Shown here piece by piece: positions 41,661 through 51,819 of a DNA stretch of 59,326 bases. The notes under the pieces were generated by a model. That model made no database searches. It saw only the letters and a program-made list of their open reading frames with translations, and had not been told where the DNA came from. The translations under genes were made by a program, and so were the position numbers. How positions within the stretch are numbered: position 1 is the stretch's first letter; every line of letters starts with the position of its first letter. This DNA is from Candidatus Parcubacteria bacterium (GTDB lineage: Bacteria; Patescibacteriota; Minisyncoccia; Phycocordibacterales; PALSA-1337), in NCBI GenBank assembly GCA_039799225.1, contig JBDLTF010000006.1:1-59326 (forward strand). Direction: 5' to 3'.

Positions 41661-42350
41661 TTATTCCTTCTCCATAACACCGTGAAGTGTCTTCTCGACA
41701 ATCTTCTGTGCGGCATCCTTGCCACCAAGACCAAATGCGAGACCGATAGCGAGAGCTGCTCCTGCAAAGACTGCAGTGAGAATCATCTGGATCAATCCTG
41801 GTGCGATACCGAGAGTGATAAGCGCGGTGAGAACTGCGAAAATCCAGATAGCCCACTTGGTGACACGACCGAGAAGCTCGGCGTTAACCACATGAGCGGC
41901 GCGTGATGAAGCAACAACCAACTTCTGCATAGCGTTGGCGATAATGACTGCCACCATCAAGATGAGAACTGCGATGATGACGTTCGGGAGATATCCGACA
42001 ACGTCGCGGAGGAAGCTCGTAACCTGAGTAAGACCGAGAACGTCGAATGAAGCGATGAGGAAGACGACGATCACGAACCACTTAACGAGCGCACCTACGA
42101 ACAAGCCAGAATTAAGATTGTGGCCTGAACGCTTAACAACGTCTTCGAGACCAGCGCTCTTGAGAGCAGCGTCGACCTTGAGACTCTTGAATACTGCCTC
42201 GACAAGCTTCTCGATGAGCGCAGCGAGCACCCATCCGATAGCGAAGATAATAAGGGCAATAACGAGGTTCGGCACAAAACTTGCTACGCCGTACCACACG
42301 CCCTGGAGTGAACGGGCGAATACATCACCCCAATTCTCAATGAACATCAT
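41661..42350 (-). CDS. conserved-TM-helix repeat membrane protein (MscS-related family)
   Basis: Four repeats of an amphipathic-plus-TM unit (for example VPNLVIALIIFAIGWVLAALIEKLV and YLPNVIIAVLILMVAVIIANAMQKLV). Starts MMFIENW (42350). Confidence 0.5.
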   Translation of the reverse strand: MMFIENWGDVFARSLQGVWYGVASFVPNLVIALIIFAIGWVLAALIEKLVEAVFKSLKVDAALKSAGLEDVVKRSGHNLNSGLFVGALVKWFVIVVFLIASFDVLGLTQVTSFLRDVVGYLPNVIIAVLILMVAVIIANAMQKLVVASSRAAHVVNAELLGRVTKWAIWIFAVLTALITLGIAPGLIQMILTAVFAGAALAIGLAFGLGGKDAAQKIVEKTLHGVMEKE

Positions 42351-42478
42351 AGAATTATGGTTAAAATAATAATTTCCTTGTAATGGAACTATTATACCAC
42401 GGATAGAGTCCCGCAAATCGAGGTTGGGGACAACCCGAGGTGCACTACCTCGGAGCAGTCCTCTGTGAGGGTAGTAAA

Positions 42479-43108
42479 TTACTGCTGAGTCTCAACTCCC
42501 ATCCTATCTATCAAGGTAATATGCGGGTAATCGAGGATATCTCTCACCAATCGATCATGTATACCAAGGCGATATTCGAAATCTGTTATCTCAAAAGCTG
42601 AATATGCGATCTCCTTCCCTATTTCTGACTCAATAGTCTGAATGACCGACTCTATTTTCGTAAGGTTCAAATCTTCACCAACAATGAGGAGGTCGACACG
42701 CGAATCCCAATTCTGGATGAATATACCTGAAGCAACGAAGAACTTGATGCGACCTGCGGCTGAGAAGCGCTTAGCAAGAGCTTCGTCCGCATGGAGACTA
42801 GCGACTGTAAGGAGATTCTTGAGCGGATCAAGATACGGGAACCTATCATCGAGAATGTACCCTTCCCCTTGGAGCTTCTTGAAGACGATCTTATCTCCCT
42901 GACGAGCTTCGACACTCTTCAATACCTGCTTGCGCTTGATGATACCTACCTTAGCAAGTGGACTAAGCTCTTTGCGTACGGCTGTAGGGGCACACTTGGT
43001 ACGATAAGCTAGTTCCTTGGGCAAGAATGGAGTCGTCGGGTTAAAGAGAAACTGTCTGAGGAGTTTAACCTTGGTCTGGTTGCCAAATAATGCGATAAGA
43101 GTTTCCAT
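42479..43108 (-). CDS. hypothetical protein with an N-terminal winged-helix-like region
   Basis: 209 aa. KVKLLRQFLFNP...PKELAYRTKCAPTAVRKELSPLAKVGII looks like a wHTH. Confidence 0.45.
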   Translation of the reverse strand: METLIALFGNQTKVKLLRQFLFNPTTPFLPKELAYRTKCAPTAVRKELSPLAKVGIIKRKQVLKSVEARQGDKIVFKKLQGEGYILDDRFPYLDPLKNLLTVASLHADEALAKRFSAAGRIKFFVASGIFIQNWDSRVDLLIVGEDLNLTKIESVIQTIESEIGKEIAYSAFEITDFEYRLGIHDRLVRDILDYPHITLIDRMGVETQQ

Positions 43109-43173
43109 ATAGTCAAATTATTGAATGTGAGGCTATTCTAGCAGAAAACGCCAAGAATGGAAGAATATGCGAA

Positions 43174-43196
43174 GAAACCCCCTTTCGGGGGTTTCT
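43174..43196 (-). terminator. hairpin downstream of rplL
   Basis: GAAACCCCC TTTC GGGGGTTTC is a perfect 9-bp stem. The U-tract is weak. Confidence 0.5.
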
Positions 43197-43223
43197 TGTA
43201 TCGATCGTAAGCGGTAAAGTCTA

Positions 43224-43610
43224 CTATTTGAGTTCGACCTTTCCTCCTGCAGTCTCGATAGCCTTCTTGAGAGCGTCTGCTTCCTCCTTCTTCATGTTGT
43301 CCTTGAGGAGAGCTGGAGCGCTGTCGACGAGAGCCTTTGCCTCAGCGAGACCGAGAGCAAGAGCTTCCTTGACGACCTTGATAACAGCAATCTTCTGCTC
43401 ACCTACTGCTGCGAGGTGAACTGCGAAGGTTGACTTCTCTTCACCTGCTGCGGCTGCTGCTGGAGCGGCTGCTGCTGATGCCTGAGCTGAGACACCGAAC
43501 TTCTTCTCGAACACTTTGACGAGCTCATTGAGATCGAGGACTGACATCTTCTCGATGGTCTCTACGATATCCTTGAACTTTGCCGGAACTTCTACTGATG
43601 TATTTTCCAT
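43224..43610 (-). CDS. rplL: 50S ribosomal protein L7/L12
   Basis: Ala-rich hinge AAAAPAAAAAGEEK and a C-terminal domain KIAVIKVVKEALALGLAEAKALVD...AGGKVELK. Confidence 0.95.
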   Translation of the reverse strand: MENTSVEVPAKFKDIVETIEKMSVLDLNELVKVFEKKFGVSAQASAAAAPAAAAAGEEKSTFAVHLAAVGEQKIAVIKVVKEALALGLAEAKALVDSAPALLKDNMKKEEADALKKAIETAGGKVELK

Positions 43611-43641
43611 GGTAATGATGATAATGCGATTTGATAATAAA

Positions 43642-44133
43642 CTATGCGATCTTCTTCTTGGCTATCTGATCCAATGCCACAGCAAATCCCTGGATAGGAG
43701 AATTGATGACGTTGACGAACATGCCATGAAGGACGGTAAGAGGAGGGATGGAAGCGATAGCAACCATTTCATCCTTATTCATATACTTGCTTTCGAAGAC
43801 TCCACCGATGATCGCGAGCTGGTCCTTGAATTTCTTCTGGAACTCATAAACTCCGCGAGCAGGAGCGACGAGATCGGCGCCATAGGCGAATCCAACCTCT
43901 CCGACGAGCTCTGGCATGTCGCCAGCATAGCCCTTCTTCTTGAGTGCGAGTGCAGTGAGGGACTTCTTCGCAACGAAGAATCCAACATTGTCGCTCTTGA
44001 GCTTGCGGCGCATTGCCGTAGCTTCGCCAATCTTGAGGCCGTGGATGTTCACGAACACGAGCGAGTTTGCTCCATTCATGAGTGACTCCACCTTCTCGAT
44101 GATTTCTACTTTCTGTGCTTTTGTACGAGCCAT
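43642..44133 (-). CDS. rplJ: 50S ribosomal protein L10
   Basis: MARTKAQKVEIIEKVE...; 163 aa, directly upstream of rplL. Confidence 0.9.
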   Translation of the reverse strand: MARTKAQKVEIIEKVESLMNGANSLVFVNIHGLKIGEATAMRRKLKSDNVGFFVAKKSLTALALKKKGYAGDMPELVGEVGFAYGADLVAPARGVYEFQKKFKDQLAIIGGVFESKYMNKDEMVAIASIPPLTVLHGMFVNVINSPIQGFAVALDQIAKKKIA

Positions 44134-44357
44134 GTTTGTTAAGTTCAAAATCCTAGACTCTGCATCCCACATCGGGACTCAGAAATCCGGTTCTGAAAAT
44201 ATATTATTATGTTATCGACCTCGGCCTGACTATATGAGATTGAAACCTCGGAAGGTCTTATCGCGTGAAAGCCCGCTTGTGGCGGACTTTGGCGCTATGC
44301 CTTCTGTCTTGAGCCTTATCGAGACGATACCACATCATCTGGATGCAATCAAGTATC

Positions 44358-46982
44358 CTATCTTAGGAGTTTCCTGATCGGGCAACGGAAAGGTCCTTGG
44401 TGACGACAGCTCATTCCCCTACTCCATTTCGATAACGGGAATAGGTCTGGCGAACCATTCCTGTCGATATCAACCCTAAGAATAGTCGATGAAGCGAGTA
44501 CTTGGGTCTGCCCTTCAATAGATGTAGTCACAGTCCCTGTAGCCATCGTGAGTGGACTAACTGGTATATCGAGATACTCTGCCCTATCTATGATTTCATC
44601 ACCCCTTATTCGCTCAACAATATAATCGAACGTTCCTATTCCTGTACCTCTGATAGCAACATCATATGTCCCTGAAAAATCACTTGGCATCGTTATGTAT
44701 GTTTCATTTCCATCCTCACCTTCATGAAGCTCGAAGCTCGTCCCCGGCACCTTCTCTTCATAGAATGAATAAAGATCTGCATCCAATTCATCATCATCTT
44801 CGAATTCCATTCCTACAGGAGGAGCTGTGAGTCCTGTGTGATTACCTCTCTCATCATATAGATGCAAATCAACCGGAGAGTGTGTACTTATCATAAGGAA
44901 CTCCTTTTCATCTAAATTACCAATCTCTCCAACACTCACCCCAGGAAGCTTCGCGAGTTCGCCTTGTATCTGTTCTTTTCGATCATCACTACTAGTCTGC
45001 GTCGTGATAATATCGCCTATCGCTTTTTGAATCGTTGAGGACTCAAGAATGTTCGCATGTTTTATAGTAGTCCCGTCAATATCACTCTGAACCGGCAGAT
45101 CCACTGAAATCAAAGTATCTGCATCATGCGCTGCACTTGAAGCTATTACTGTGCCGTCACCGAGCGATGTATTCGTAGGTTCATATACAGCTGAAGTATC
45201 GCATGCTGGCCTTTTTCCTGGACCACGACATTCAGTCTTCTCGGAATATATGATCCCCTTCGCTGTCTTGTTGCCCCATCCGACGAGTGCCCAGTGCGCA
45301 ATAGTAGATGGCCAGGAGAATGGATCGAGTATTGCATGTAGAGCTTCAGCGGCGTTGAATAAGAATTTATTCCCTTCGATTGGAAACGTAACTTTTGAGG
45401 AGGTAGTCGTGTCCCTTGAATTCTTCACATCTAGAATAAAATCTTTTTGTCCACTATATGTATCTATACTCTTCTGATATGCCCCCTCATTGATTCCTGC
45501 AATGGTAGTCGAGGCGAACGCTATTGATGGACCGAGTATCTTCGAAAAGTATTCCTTGGACGGAAGCAGCGAGTATGCACTCGACATATTAATTCCCAAT
45601 TCTCGCGCGATGCTCTGCTTCAATATCATTCCTCCTCCAATAGATTGGTTGTCTCCATGAAGCAGTCCAAGCATCGCCTGTGGTGTACCAAGATACGGAA
45701 CACCGGCCGATATGACTTGATCAACAAGATTCGTCTTGCCCATATCTTCCAATCTCTTCACGAGATACTTCGCGACAAGACCACCATTGCTGTGAGCAAC
45801 GATGCTGACCTTCCCTGTCTCGGATCGTGAAGCGAGGTCTTCGATGATTTCAACCAAAGATTTGTCGGTTGTTGTCGCTCTTCTCTGATTCCCCGCAACC
45901 ACCTCGACTATCGGCTTACGCCAGTCATAACCATAGGACTTCCACTCGCCAATCTTATCGCTCTTCTTAAGCCCATCGAGATACTCCATGAATGAACCAT
46001 ATACCTCGGCGACACCGAGAGCGCTATCTATAGGATTTCCTGCATATATAGTAGTATCCGTACTCGACCCTGTTGTATCCAAGAATAGTTTACGTACATC
46101 GTCATTACGATTGGGCTCCCAGAGTTGATTGGTGTGCATAACACCGAATGCATCACGCTCATCACGATACATACGACTCGCTTGAAGCCCTGGTATGAAG
46201 AGTACACTCGAACAGCATGTTGGAGACACTATCGCAGGATCAGCGACGAGCCAATTTTTGTAGGAAACAACACCTATGAGAGCACCTGAACCAGACAATG
46301 ATGGGCCATCCGGACTTCCCCACCAGTTCTGTTCAGCCATAACCGATGTCGGATTGCTGTTACGAATAGCGAAGTTTCCATTATCGACAATAGCGGATTC
46401 ACGCACGGATACCGATGCTTTCGACTCACCTATGGCATCTTTGGCGACAAATATTCCGCCTCCTAAGTTGTGCTCCAATCTACTACTACGAATATCGACC
46501 TTACCTCCCCATATGTATACTCCTGCACCCGTGGACTGCGAGAATGTCGAACTTGCGACAGAGACTGTAGACCAGTAAAGAAGTAGTCCTGGTCCTCCGG
46601 TACGTGTATCAACATACGATATATCAGCAGACCCACGTGCAACAGAGAATGCATATATGCCTTCGATAGTAATATGCTCTTCTGCAGTACCATGCAATAT
46701 CGCATTGCCATTTGAGACAATAACTCTGACGGACTGTACATCTGGATGACTTCGTATAACTACTCCTGGCTCGATCGTAAGCGTACCTTTCTCAATAGTT
46801 ACCGTATCCGTCAAAATATATGGACTACCTTTCTTGCTCCATACGATATTTCCGGTCAAAGTTCCTGAGACAACTGTACCCTGTGTTTCAGGTCCAGCCG
46901 AATAAGCAATCTGTACCATACCAACAAAGACAAAAAACCCTACGACGATTCCCGTCGAAATTATATAGAATATGTTCTTCAT
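44358..46982 (-). CDS. secreted fusion protein: right-handed beta-helix region plus alpha/beta-hydrolase (lipase/esterase, AHSxGG) domain
   Basis: N-terminal signal/TM segment MKNIFYIISTGIVVGFFVFVGMV, repetitive beta-helix-like segments, VSIVAHSNGGLVAKY (nucleophile elbow), and a long C-terminal beta-rich region. Confidence 0.6.
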   Translation of the reverse strand: MKNIFYIISTGIVVGFFVFVGMVQIAYSAGPETQGTVVSGTLTGNIVWSKKGSPYILTDTVTIEKGTLTIEPGVVIRSHPDVQSVRVIVSNGNAILHGTAEEHITIEGIYAFSVARGSADISYVDTRTGGPGLLLYWSTVSVASSTFSQSTGAGVYIWGGKVDIRSSRLEHNLGGGIFVAKDAIGESKASVSVRESAIVDNGNFAIRNSNPTSVMAEQNWWGSPDGPSLSGSGALIGVVSYKNWLVADPAIVSPTCCSSVLFIPGLQASRMYRDERDAFGVMHTNQLWEPNRNDDVRKLFLDTTGSSTDTTIYAGNPIDSALGVAEVYGSFMEYLDGLKKSDKIGEWKSYGYDWRKPIVEVVAGNQRRATTTDKSLVEIIEDLASRSETGKVSIVAHSNGGLVAKYLVKRLEDMGKTNLVDQVISAGVPYLGTPQAMLGLLHGDNQSIGGGMILKQSIARELGINMSSAYSLLPSKEYFSKILGPSIAFASTTIAGINEGAYQKSIDTYSGQKDFILDVKNSRDTTTSSKVTFPIEGNKFLFNAAEALHAILDPFSWPSTIAHWALVGWGNKTAKGIIYSEKTECRGPGKRPACDTSAVYEPTNTSLGDGTVIASSAAHDADTLISVDLPVQSDIDGTTIKHANILESSTIQKAIGDIITTQTSSDDRKEQIQGELAKLPGVSVGEIGNLDEKEFLMISTHSPVDLHLYDERGNHTGLTAPPVGMEFEDDDELDADLYSFYEEKVPGTSFELHEGEDGNETYITMPSDFSGTYDVAIRGTGIGTFDYIVERIRGDEIIDRAEYLDIPVSPLTMATGTVTTSIEGQTQVLASSTILRVDIDRNGSPDLFPLSKWSRGMSCRHQGPFRCPIRKLLR

Positions 46983-47077
46983 GGCGCATTATGAGATTAA
47001 CTCTCTGATAATGCGTCTATCGTATCAATCCCGTATGAAGGAATCGTGATGAACTGATAGAGAAAGTGTGATGGATC

Positions 47078-47191
47078 TTACTGCGGAATATTCCACTGTC
47101 CAACGAAATAGAGTACGGCGAAGCTCAGTGTGAGAATGATTAGAAAGCCAGAGAAGAATTTGAGGAAGTTGCGGTCGAAGGGGTTGGACAT
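47078..47191 (-). CDS. possible 37-aa hydrophobic peptide
   Basis: MSNPFDRNFLKFFSGFLIILTLSFAVLYFVGQWNIPQ. The ATG lies 8 nt after the upstream stop. The ORF is below the ORF-track length cut-off. Confidence 0.3.
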   Translation of the reverse strand: MSNPFDRNFLKFFSGFLIILTLSFAVLYFVGQWNIPQ

Positions 47192-47198
47192 AGGAATG

Positions 47199-47762
47199 TT
47201 AGATTATAGTGAAGGAATCCAGAGACGTCAGCACATATCCTTTCTGCTGCTCCCAAATCTTCGAATAGACATCTATACCGATCACATAGTACGCATCATC
47301 GGTCAAAGTTACATAGAGCTCTTGTGTCACCTCTTTCTGACTCTTCAGACCTACATATGTTCCTGCGATTCTGTAATATTTCCTATCTTTCATCATGACA
47401 GTCTCATTTGCTGTCTCATTGTACTTATTGAGACTGAGTTTAATATTGTTGGCCGTGAGCTGGAAGAATCCTTCCTCAGTATATTTCTTCATTTCTGCAT
47501 TCGACTCAGGAGTCCTATCAAATCTCGTGATAGCCATTCTCATCAAAGCATCACCATTATCCTGCTTAGGACCGACGAACCATGTCATAGAACTCGATGT
47601 TGCATGGACGACATCTTGGAACGCCCAACCTTCGGGAATCATGACCGAAAACTTCCCCGCAGGGTCCGTGTACGTACGAGCGTCCTGACGGTACAAACCA
47701 TAAGCAACCGCTCCGATCGCTACAAGAATCAATATACCTATACCTATGTTCTTTTTGTTCAT
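47199..47762 (-). CDS. membrane-anchored or secreted hypothetical protein (187 aa)
   Basis: N-terminal TM/signal segment IGIGILILVAIGAVAYGLY. Confidence 0.6.
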   Translation of the reverse strand: MNKKNIGIGILILVAIGAVAYGLYRQDARTYTDPAGKFSVMIPEGWAFQDVVHATSSSMTWFVGPKQDNGDALMRMAITRFDRTPESNAEMKKYTEEGFFQLTANNIKLSLNKYNETANETVMMKDRKYYRIAGTYVGLKSQKEVTQELYVTLTDDAYYVIGIDVYSKIWEQQKGYVLTSLDSFTII

Positions 47763-47782
47763 AATATTGTGTGTTATTTATA

Positions 47783-49801
47783 TCATATATACTTGAAGAA
47801 GAAGAGTTCTATTTCCGGGAAATTCTTAATTGATGTCTCCACGTACTTCATAACCTCAGCACTCTGTTCGATCTTTGGATTGAGATCATATGCTTTCTTC
47901 GCATACTCGCGCGCCAGATCGAACTTCTTCATATACACATAGGCGACGGCTTTCATCCAATATGGTTGTGGAGCCTGCGGCACCAGCTCTATCGCCCTAT
48001 CGAGAACCTTCTGAGCATCCGCAAGTTTATCGACACCGAACAAGCGCTCATAGATTAAGGTATCGGCGAGATTGAGGTGGGCGCGGAAGTGGAGGGGATT
48101 CTCCTCAACATACTTACGATATTCAGTTTCAAATAAAGCAATTTCATTCCTGAGACCAGCGACCTTGGCAGGGTTCTCCAAAACTCTTGGATCCTGCCCG
48201 ATGCCACGCTGGAAATCAGTTGTCGTTCTCCAGAGGAACAGATGTTTATCAACAGACGAACCGAACAGTATCGGATATATTGGCAGACGCTTCGTGGAAT
48301 CCCCAATTGTGCGGATAGTGCCATTAGAAATTTGCGCACGGACAAATGGAATCCAACCCCAGAATAGAGACCAGCAAGAAAATGCAATGATGGCTGTACC
48401 GAGTATGTACTTAAGTGGAACATTCAAAATATATTCCGGCGCCTCATTCTTTTTCTTGTTATGCGCCACCGTCCTCTGGAAAAGGATGATAGCGGATGCC
48501 ACCATGAATATTACGAGCGGGTATGAGATGCTCGTATCAAATGCCGTCTGTAACTCTGCAAAGTGGAGAGCAAAATATATGATGAGCAGAGATGCAAATA
48601 TTCTATCTTCCTTCTCATGCGATTTGAGGGTGACATATATAAGGGAAAGAATAATCGTAATATATATTGCCAAATACGATGCGAGTCCGAAAATACCATT
48701 ATCCACTGCCTGATCGATGAAAACATTGTGTGCACGATCAAACCACGGTTCATTACCATAGTCAGGTTGGAGGAGTCTGTTGTCATAGTTCAACTCGAAG
48801 ACTCGTTCGAAGGTGTCGATTCCCCATCCGAAGAATGGTCTCTGCATGATAACCTTTTCCGACATATCCCAGATGAGTGGTCGAGCTGCAGTAGCTTGAG
48901 AGAGATACGCTTGCCTCAAATACCCATCATTTGAGAAAAGAGACCATGAAGCGAGAGTAGCTACAACGAGAGAAGCTCCGAACAATGAATATAAAACAAC
49001 GGAGCGCTTCTTCGTATTAGTAATCTTCGAGACAAGCCACGTAACAACCAGTGCAATCAACGAAAGTATAAGTACATATGCTGACGAACGCGCATCACCT
49101 ATCAAGCCACCGGACAGATCACCAAACCACACCTTGTGATTGAGTATGTATGGGTTGATGACCATGACGACCGGAAGAACATACATCCACCATTTCTTCA
49201 CCTGTGCCTGGAGAAGATAATACAAGGACAGTATAAATGCTCCGAAGAGATACATAGCAGCAAACGTTGAGTTCCCAAATGTGAAGCCGTAGTTGAACCA
49301 GCCTTTAAAAAACAAATTGATACCCTCTGGGCTCAAAAAAGCGAGAAACGAATAGAGTGCGGTAGACAGAACGATTGTTAAGATTAGCTTGCGATGATTA
49401 CTCTTGTCCGAGATCAATCCAACCAAGAAAAAAAGAATCAATCCTAAGTGCAAGAGATACCATATACCCGTAGTACGCGTTGCTGTAGACCAGAATGAGG
49501 TATGAGGATCGATGCCCGCTATTCCTGAAACAATGACAATAGCGAAGTAGACAAGCAGTGCTATACCAACATAAGAGCACGGGACTGAGACTTCACTCTT
49601 GGACTTGAACACCCATATAACGAACAGAATAGACAATGCGATGGAAACACCCATAAGGGTAACTGCTCTTGTAGAACTTCCTCCATACAGGAAGCTATTG
49701 AACATGATGAACGGGAATGTCGCGAAAAAAACGAACACGATACAGTTCATCCATTTCCAGAGTGGAGAACCGCTTCCTTGATAGGCTATCAGATTGGTCA
49801 T
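47783..49801 (-). CDS. O-antigen ligase/polymerase (Wzy_C)-like polytopic membrane protein with C-terminal TPR repeats
   Basis: At least 10 TM helices, then TPR-like HLNLADTLIYERL...AQKVLDRAIELVPQAPQPYWMKAVAYVYMKKFDLAREYAKKAYDLNP. Confidence 0.65.
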   Translation of the reverse strand: MTNLIAYQGSGSPLWKWMNCIVFVFFATFPFIMFNSFLYGGSSTRAVTLMGVSIALSILFVIWVFKSKSEVSVPCSYVGIALLVYFAIVIVSGIAGIDPHTSFWSTATRTTGIWYLLHLGLILFFLVGLISDKSNHRKLILTIVLSTALYSFLAFLSPEGINLFFKGWFNYGFTFGNSTFAAMYLFGAFILSLYYLLQAQVKKWWMYVLPVVMVINPYILNHKVWFGDLSGGLIGDARSSAYVLILSLIALVVTWLVSKITNTKKRSVVLYSLFGASLVVATLASWSLFSNDGYLRQAYLSQATAARPLIWDMSEKVIMQRPFFGWGIDTFERVFELNYDNRLLQPDYGNEPWFDRAHNVFIDQAVDNGIFGLASYLAIYITIILSLIYVTLKSHEKEDRIFASLLIIYFALHFAELQTAFDTSISYPLVIFMVASAIILFQRTVAHNKKKNEAPEYILNVPLKYILGTAIIAFSCWSLFWGWIPFVRAQISNGTIRTIGDSTKRLPIYPILFGSSVDKHLFLWRTTTDFQRGIGQDPRVLENPAKVAGLRNEIALFETEYRKYVEENPLHFRAHLNLADTLIYERLFGVDKLADAQKVLDRAIELVPQAPQPYWMKAVAYVYMKKFDLAREYAKKAYDLNPKIEQSAEVMKYVETSIKNFPEIELFFFKYI

Positions 49802-49833
49802 GGGACCATTATAAAGTACTACCCAGGAATAAC

Positions 49834-49859
49834 AAAACCGCCCCTTTCGGGGCGGTTTT
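49834..49859 (-). terminator. terminator of the surface-protein gene
   Basis: AAAACCGCCCC TTTC GGGGCGGTTTT is a perfect 11-bp stem with a U-run. Confidence 0.85.
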
Positions 49860-49899
49860 GTAGTGACAATACTTACAACTTACAATCTTCTAACCGAGG

Positions 49900-51819
49900 T
49901 TAGTTAAGACCGATGTAGTCAGTCTTGAAGTTATCAAGGTTTGAAGTGTAAACGTTGTCTGGAGTTGCATCATCATCAGTATCCCAATCGATTCCGGCAA
50001 GAGCTGCACGGAACTGACCAGCTGATCCTGCTGCAGGCAACTGAGCAGTGGTCGTAAGAGTGAATGAGTGTTCCTCACCATCTTCGATCATGTAGTTACC
50101 AGCTGCTGTGAGATCAGTGTCAGTGTTATCAATGATAGTGACTGATGTTCCACCAACTGTGGCTGTACCAGCACGATCAACGATGACTGAGGCACCAACG
50201 TTAGCTGTACCCGAGAGGGTTGCGCCAGCGAGAGATGCTACGTAAACAGTATCACCGATAGCCTTGACCTTGAACTTGATAGTGAAGGTTGCAAGGTCAT
50301 CGCTTGATGACTGTCCTGCGGTAGAACCAGCAGTTGTGCTGATGAGCGTGAGTGCAACACCATCGGTGCGGAACTCCTGAGCCTCACCAGTAGCTGAACC
50401 GGTCTTCTCGCCTGCTGCGAGCTGATCTCCCTCTTCGTTCTCAGCATCAATCAAACCGCGATCGGTTGATGTAAGTGAGGCCTTGAGGGTATCTCCTCCT
50501 GCGAATACATTGGTTTCGAGGTCATTGATGTCGGCGTACACCTTGAAGGTGACGGTCGAACCAGCTGAGATGTCGAAATCAAGATTGTCGAAGGTGATAG
50601 TTCCTGAAGTTCCAGATCCGCTCAAACCTGCTGTGGTTGAAGAAACTGTCTCAGAATACTCCTCTCCACCAAGCACGAGCTTGAGAGAGTTTGTGATTCC
50701 AGCAATGCTGTTTCCAGTTGAGGTGAGAGTAGTCCTGAGTGCATCGATGGTGACATCTGATGTACCTTCGAGCTTCATCTTACCAACCAAGAGGAGAACA
50801 TCATCTGTGTTGTCGGTATCATCGACAGTGACCAAATCTGCATCCGGAGTAGAAGAATCTGTTGAGATCTTCAACTCTGTATCAGCAGCTGTTGAGAAGC
50901 TGACGAATGAGAGAGCGACGTTGTCGAGTGAACCACCGAGGTCACCAGTTGTGTCGTCTGAAGTGACGACTCCTGATCCATCCTCGAACCTGATGTTGTT
51001 GACATCAACGGTCCAAAAATCGTTTGCGATATCTGTAGAATCAAGGTTGCTTACAGAGTCAATTGCAATGTAGAACTTCTCCTTCTTGTCTGCGCGGACA
51101 ACTGTGTCGCCAGAAAGTGAGAGGGTCTTTGAATAGACGCCTGTGCTGTCCTTGTTGAAGGCTGAAGCATCAGCTGAGCCGATCTTCGTTGAACCCTTCC
51201 AGATAGAGACTGTCTCAACATAGTCAACAAGCTTCTTTGAAGCTGTGCTGGTGTTTGCTGAACCATCGAAAGTCAAGTTAACTGACTTAAGAGCAATATC
51301 TCCATCGTTTGAAGCCTCAACTTCCAAACCGACGATCTTAACATCGCTCTGTCCATCACCGACTTCCTCGTTGCTGTACTGAGAAAGGGCCTGAACATCA
51401 GAGATGTTTCCGTCAGTTCCAGCGAGACCGCCAGTTGAAACAACTGGTGATCCTCCGCCAACTGGAGTACAGATCATGCCAACTGGGCATGCTGCTGAAG
51501 GAAGGGTGACAACTGCGCCACCTGCATTGAGAGCTCCGCGTGTGAGAGGTCCTACGAAACCTGTCGAAGGAATTCCACGTGCGGCCTGATAAGCCTGAAC
51601 TGCTGCCTTGGTCTGTGAACCGAAGTAGCCCTTAGCTGCTGCGCCCGAAGCGATGCTTGGGATGCTGTAGCCGTTGGCGATGAGCCATGACTGGAGAGCA
51701 ACAACGTCAGAACCGGTTGAACCAACGGTGAGGTTGGTGTTGAACGCGGTTCCCTGTGCTGCTGCAACTGAAGCGAAAGCCAAAACGGCTACGCCTGAAG
51801 CGATAAGAAACTTTTTCAT
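49900..51819 (-). CDS. secreted cell-surface (S-layer-like) protein with an N-terminal peptidoglycan-binding domain
   Basis: Signal peptide MKKFLIASGVAVLAFASVAAA. PG_binding_1-like GSTGSDVVALQSWLIANGY...GYFGSQTKAAVQAYQAARGIPSTGFVGPLTRGAL, followed by about 500 aa rich in Thr/Ser/Gly/Asp with beta character. Confidence 0.65.
   Translation of the reverse strand: MKKFLIASGVAVLAFASVAAAQGTAFNTNLTVGSTGSDVVALQSWLIANGYSIPSIASGAAAKGYFGSQTKAAVQAYQAARGIPSTGFVGPLTRGALNAGGAVVTLPSAACPVGMICTPVGGGSPVVSTGGLAGTDGNISDVQALSQYSNEEVGDGQSDVKIVGLEVEASNDGDIALKSVNLTFDGSANTSTASKKLVDYVETVSIWKGSTKIGSADASAFNKDSTGVYSKTLSLSGDTVVRADKKEKFYIAIDSVSNLDSTDIANDFWTVDVNNIRFEDGSGVVTSDDTTGDLGGSLDNVALSFVSFSTAADTELKISTDSSTPDADLVTVDDTDNTDDVLLLVGKMKLEGTSDVTIDALRTTLTSTGNSIAGITNSLKLVLGGEEYSETVSSTTAGLSGSGTSGTITFDNLDFDISAGSTVTFKVYADINDLETNVFAGGDTLKASLTSTDRGLIDAENEEGDQLAAGEKTGSATGEAQEFRTDGVALTLISTTAGSTAGQSSSDDLATFTIKFKVKAIGDTVYVASLAGATLSGTANVGASVIVDRAGTATVGGTSVTIIDNTDTDLTAAGNYMIEDGEEHSFTLTTTAQLPAAGSAGQFRAALAGIDWDTDDDATPDNVYTSNLDNFKTDYIGLN

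Noticed and set aside
43516-44085. Long plus-strand ORFs opposite rplL/rplJ (43516-44085), and likewise opposite the 187-aa and Wzy-like genes (47130-47942)
   Set aside because: They lie opposite ribosomal-protein or otherwise well-supported genes. They have no motifs and implausible composition.
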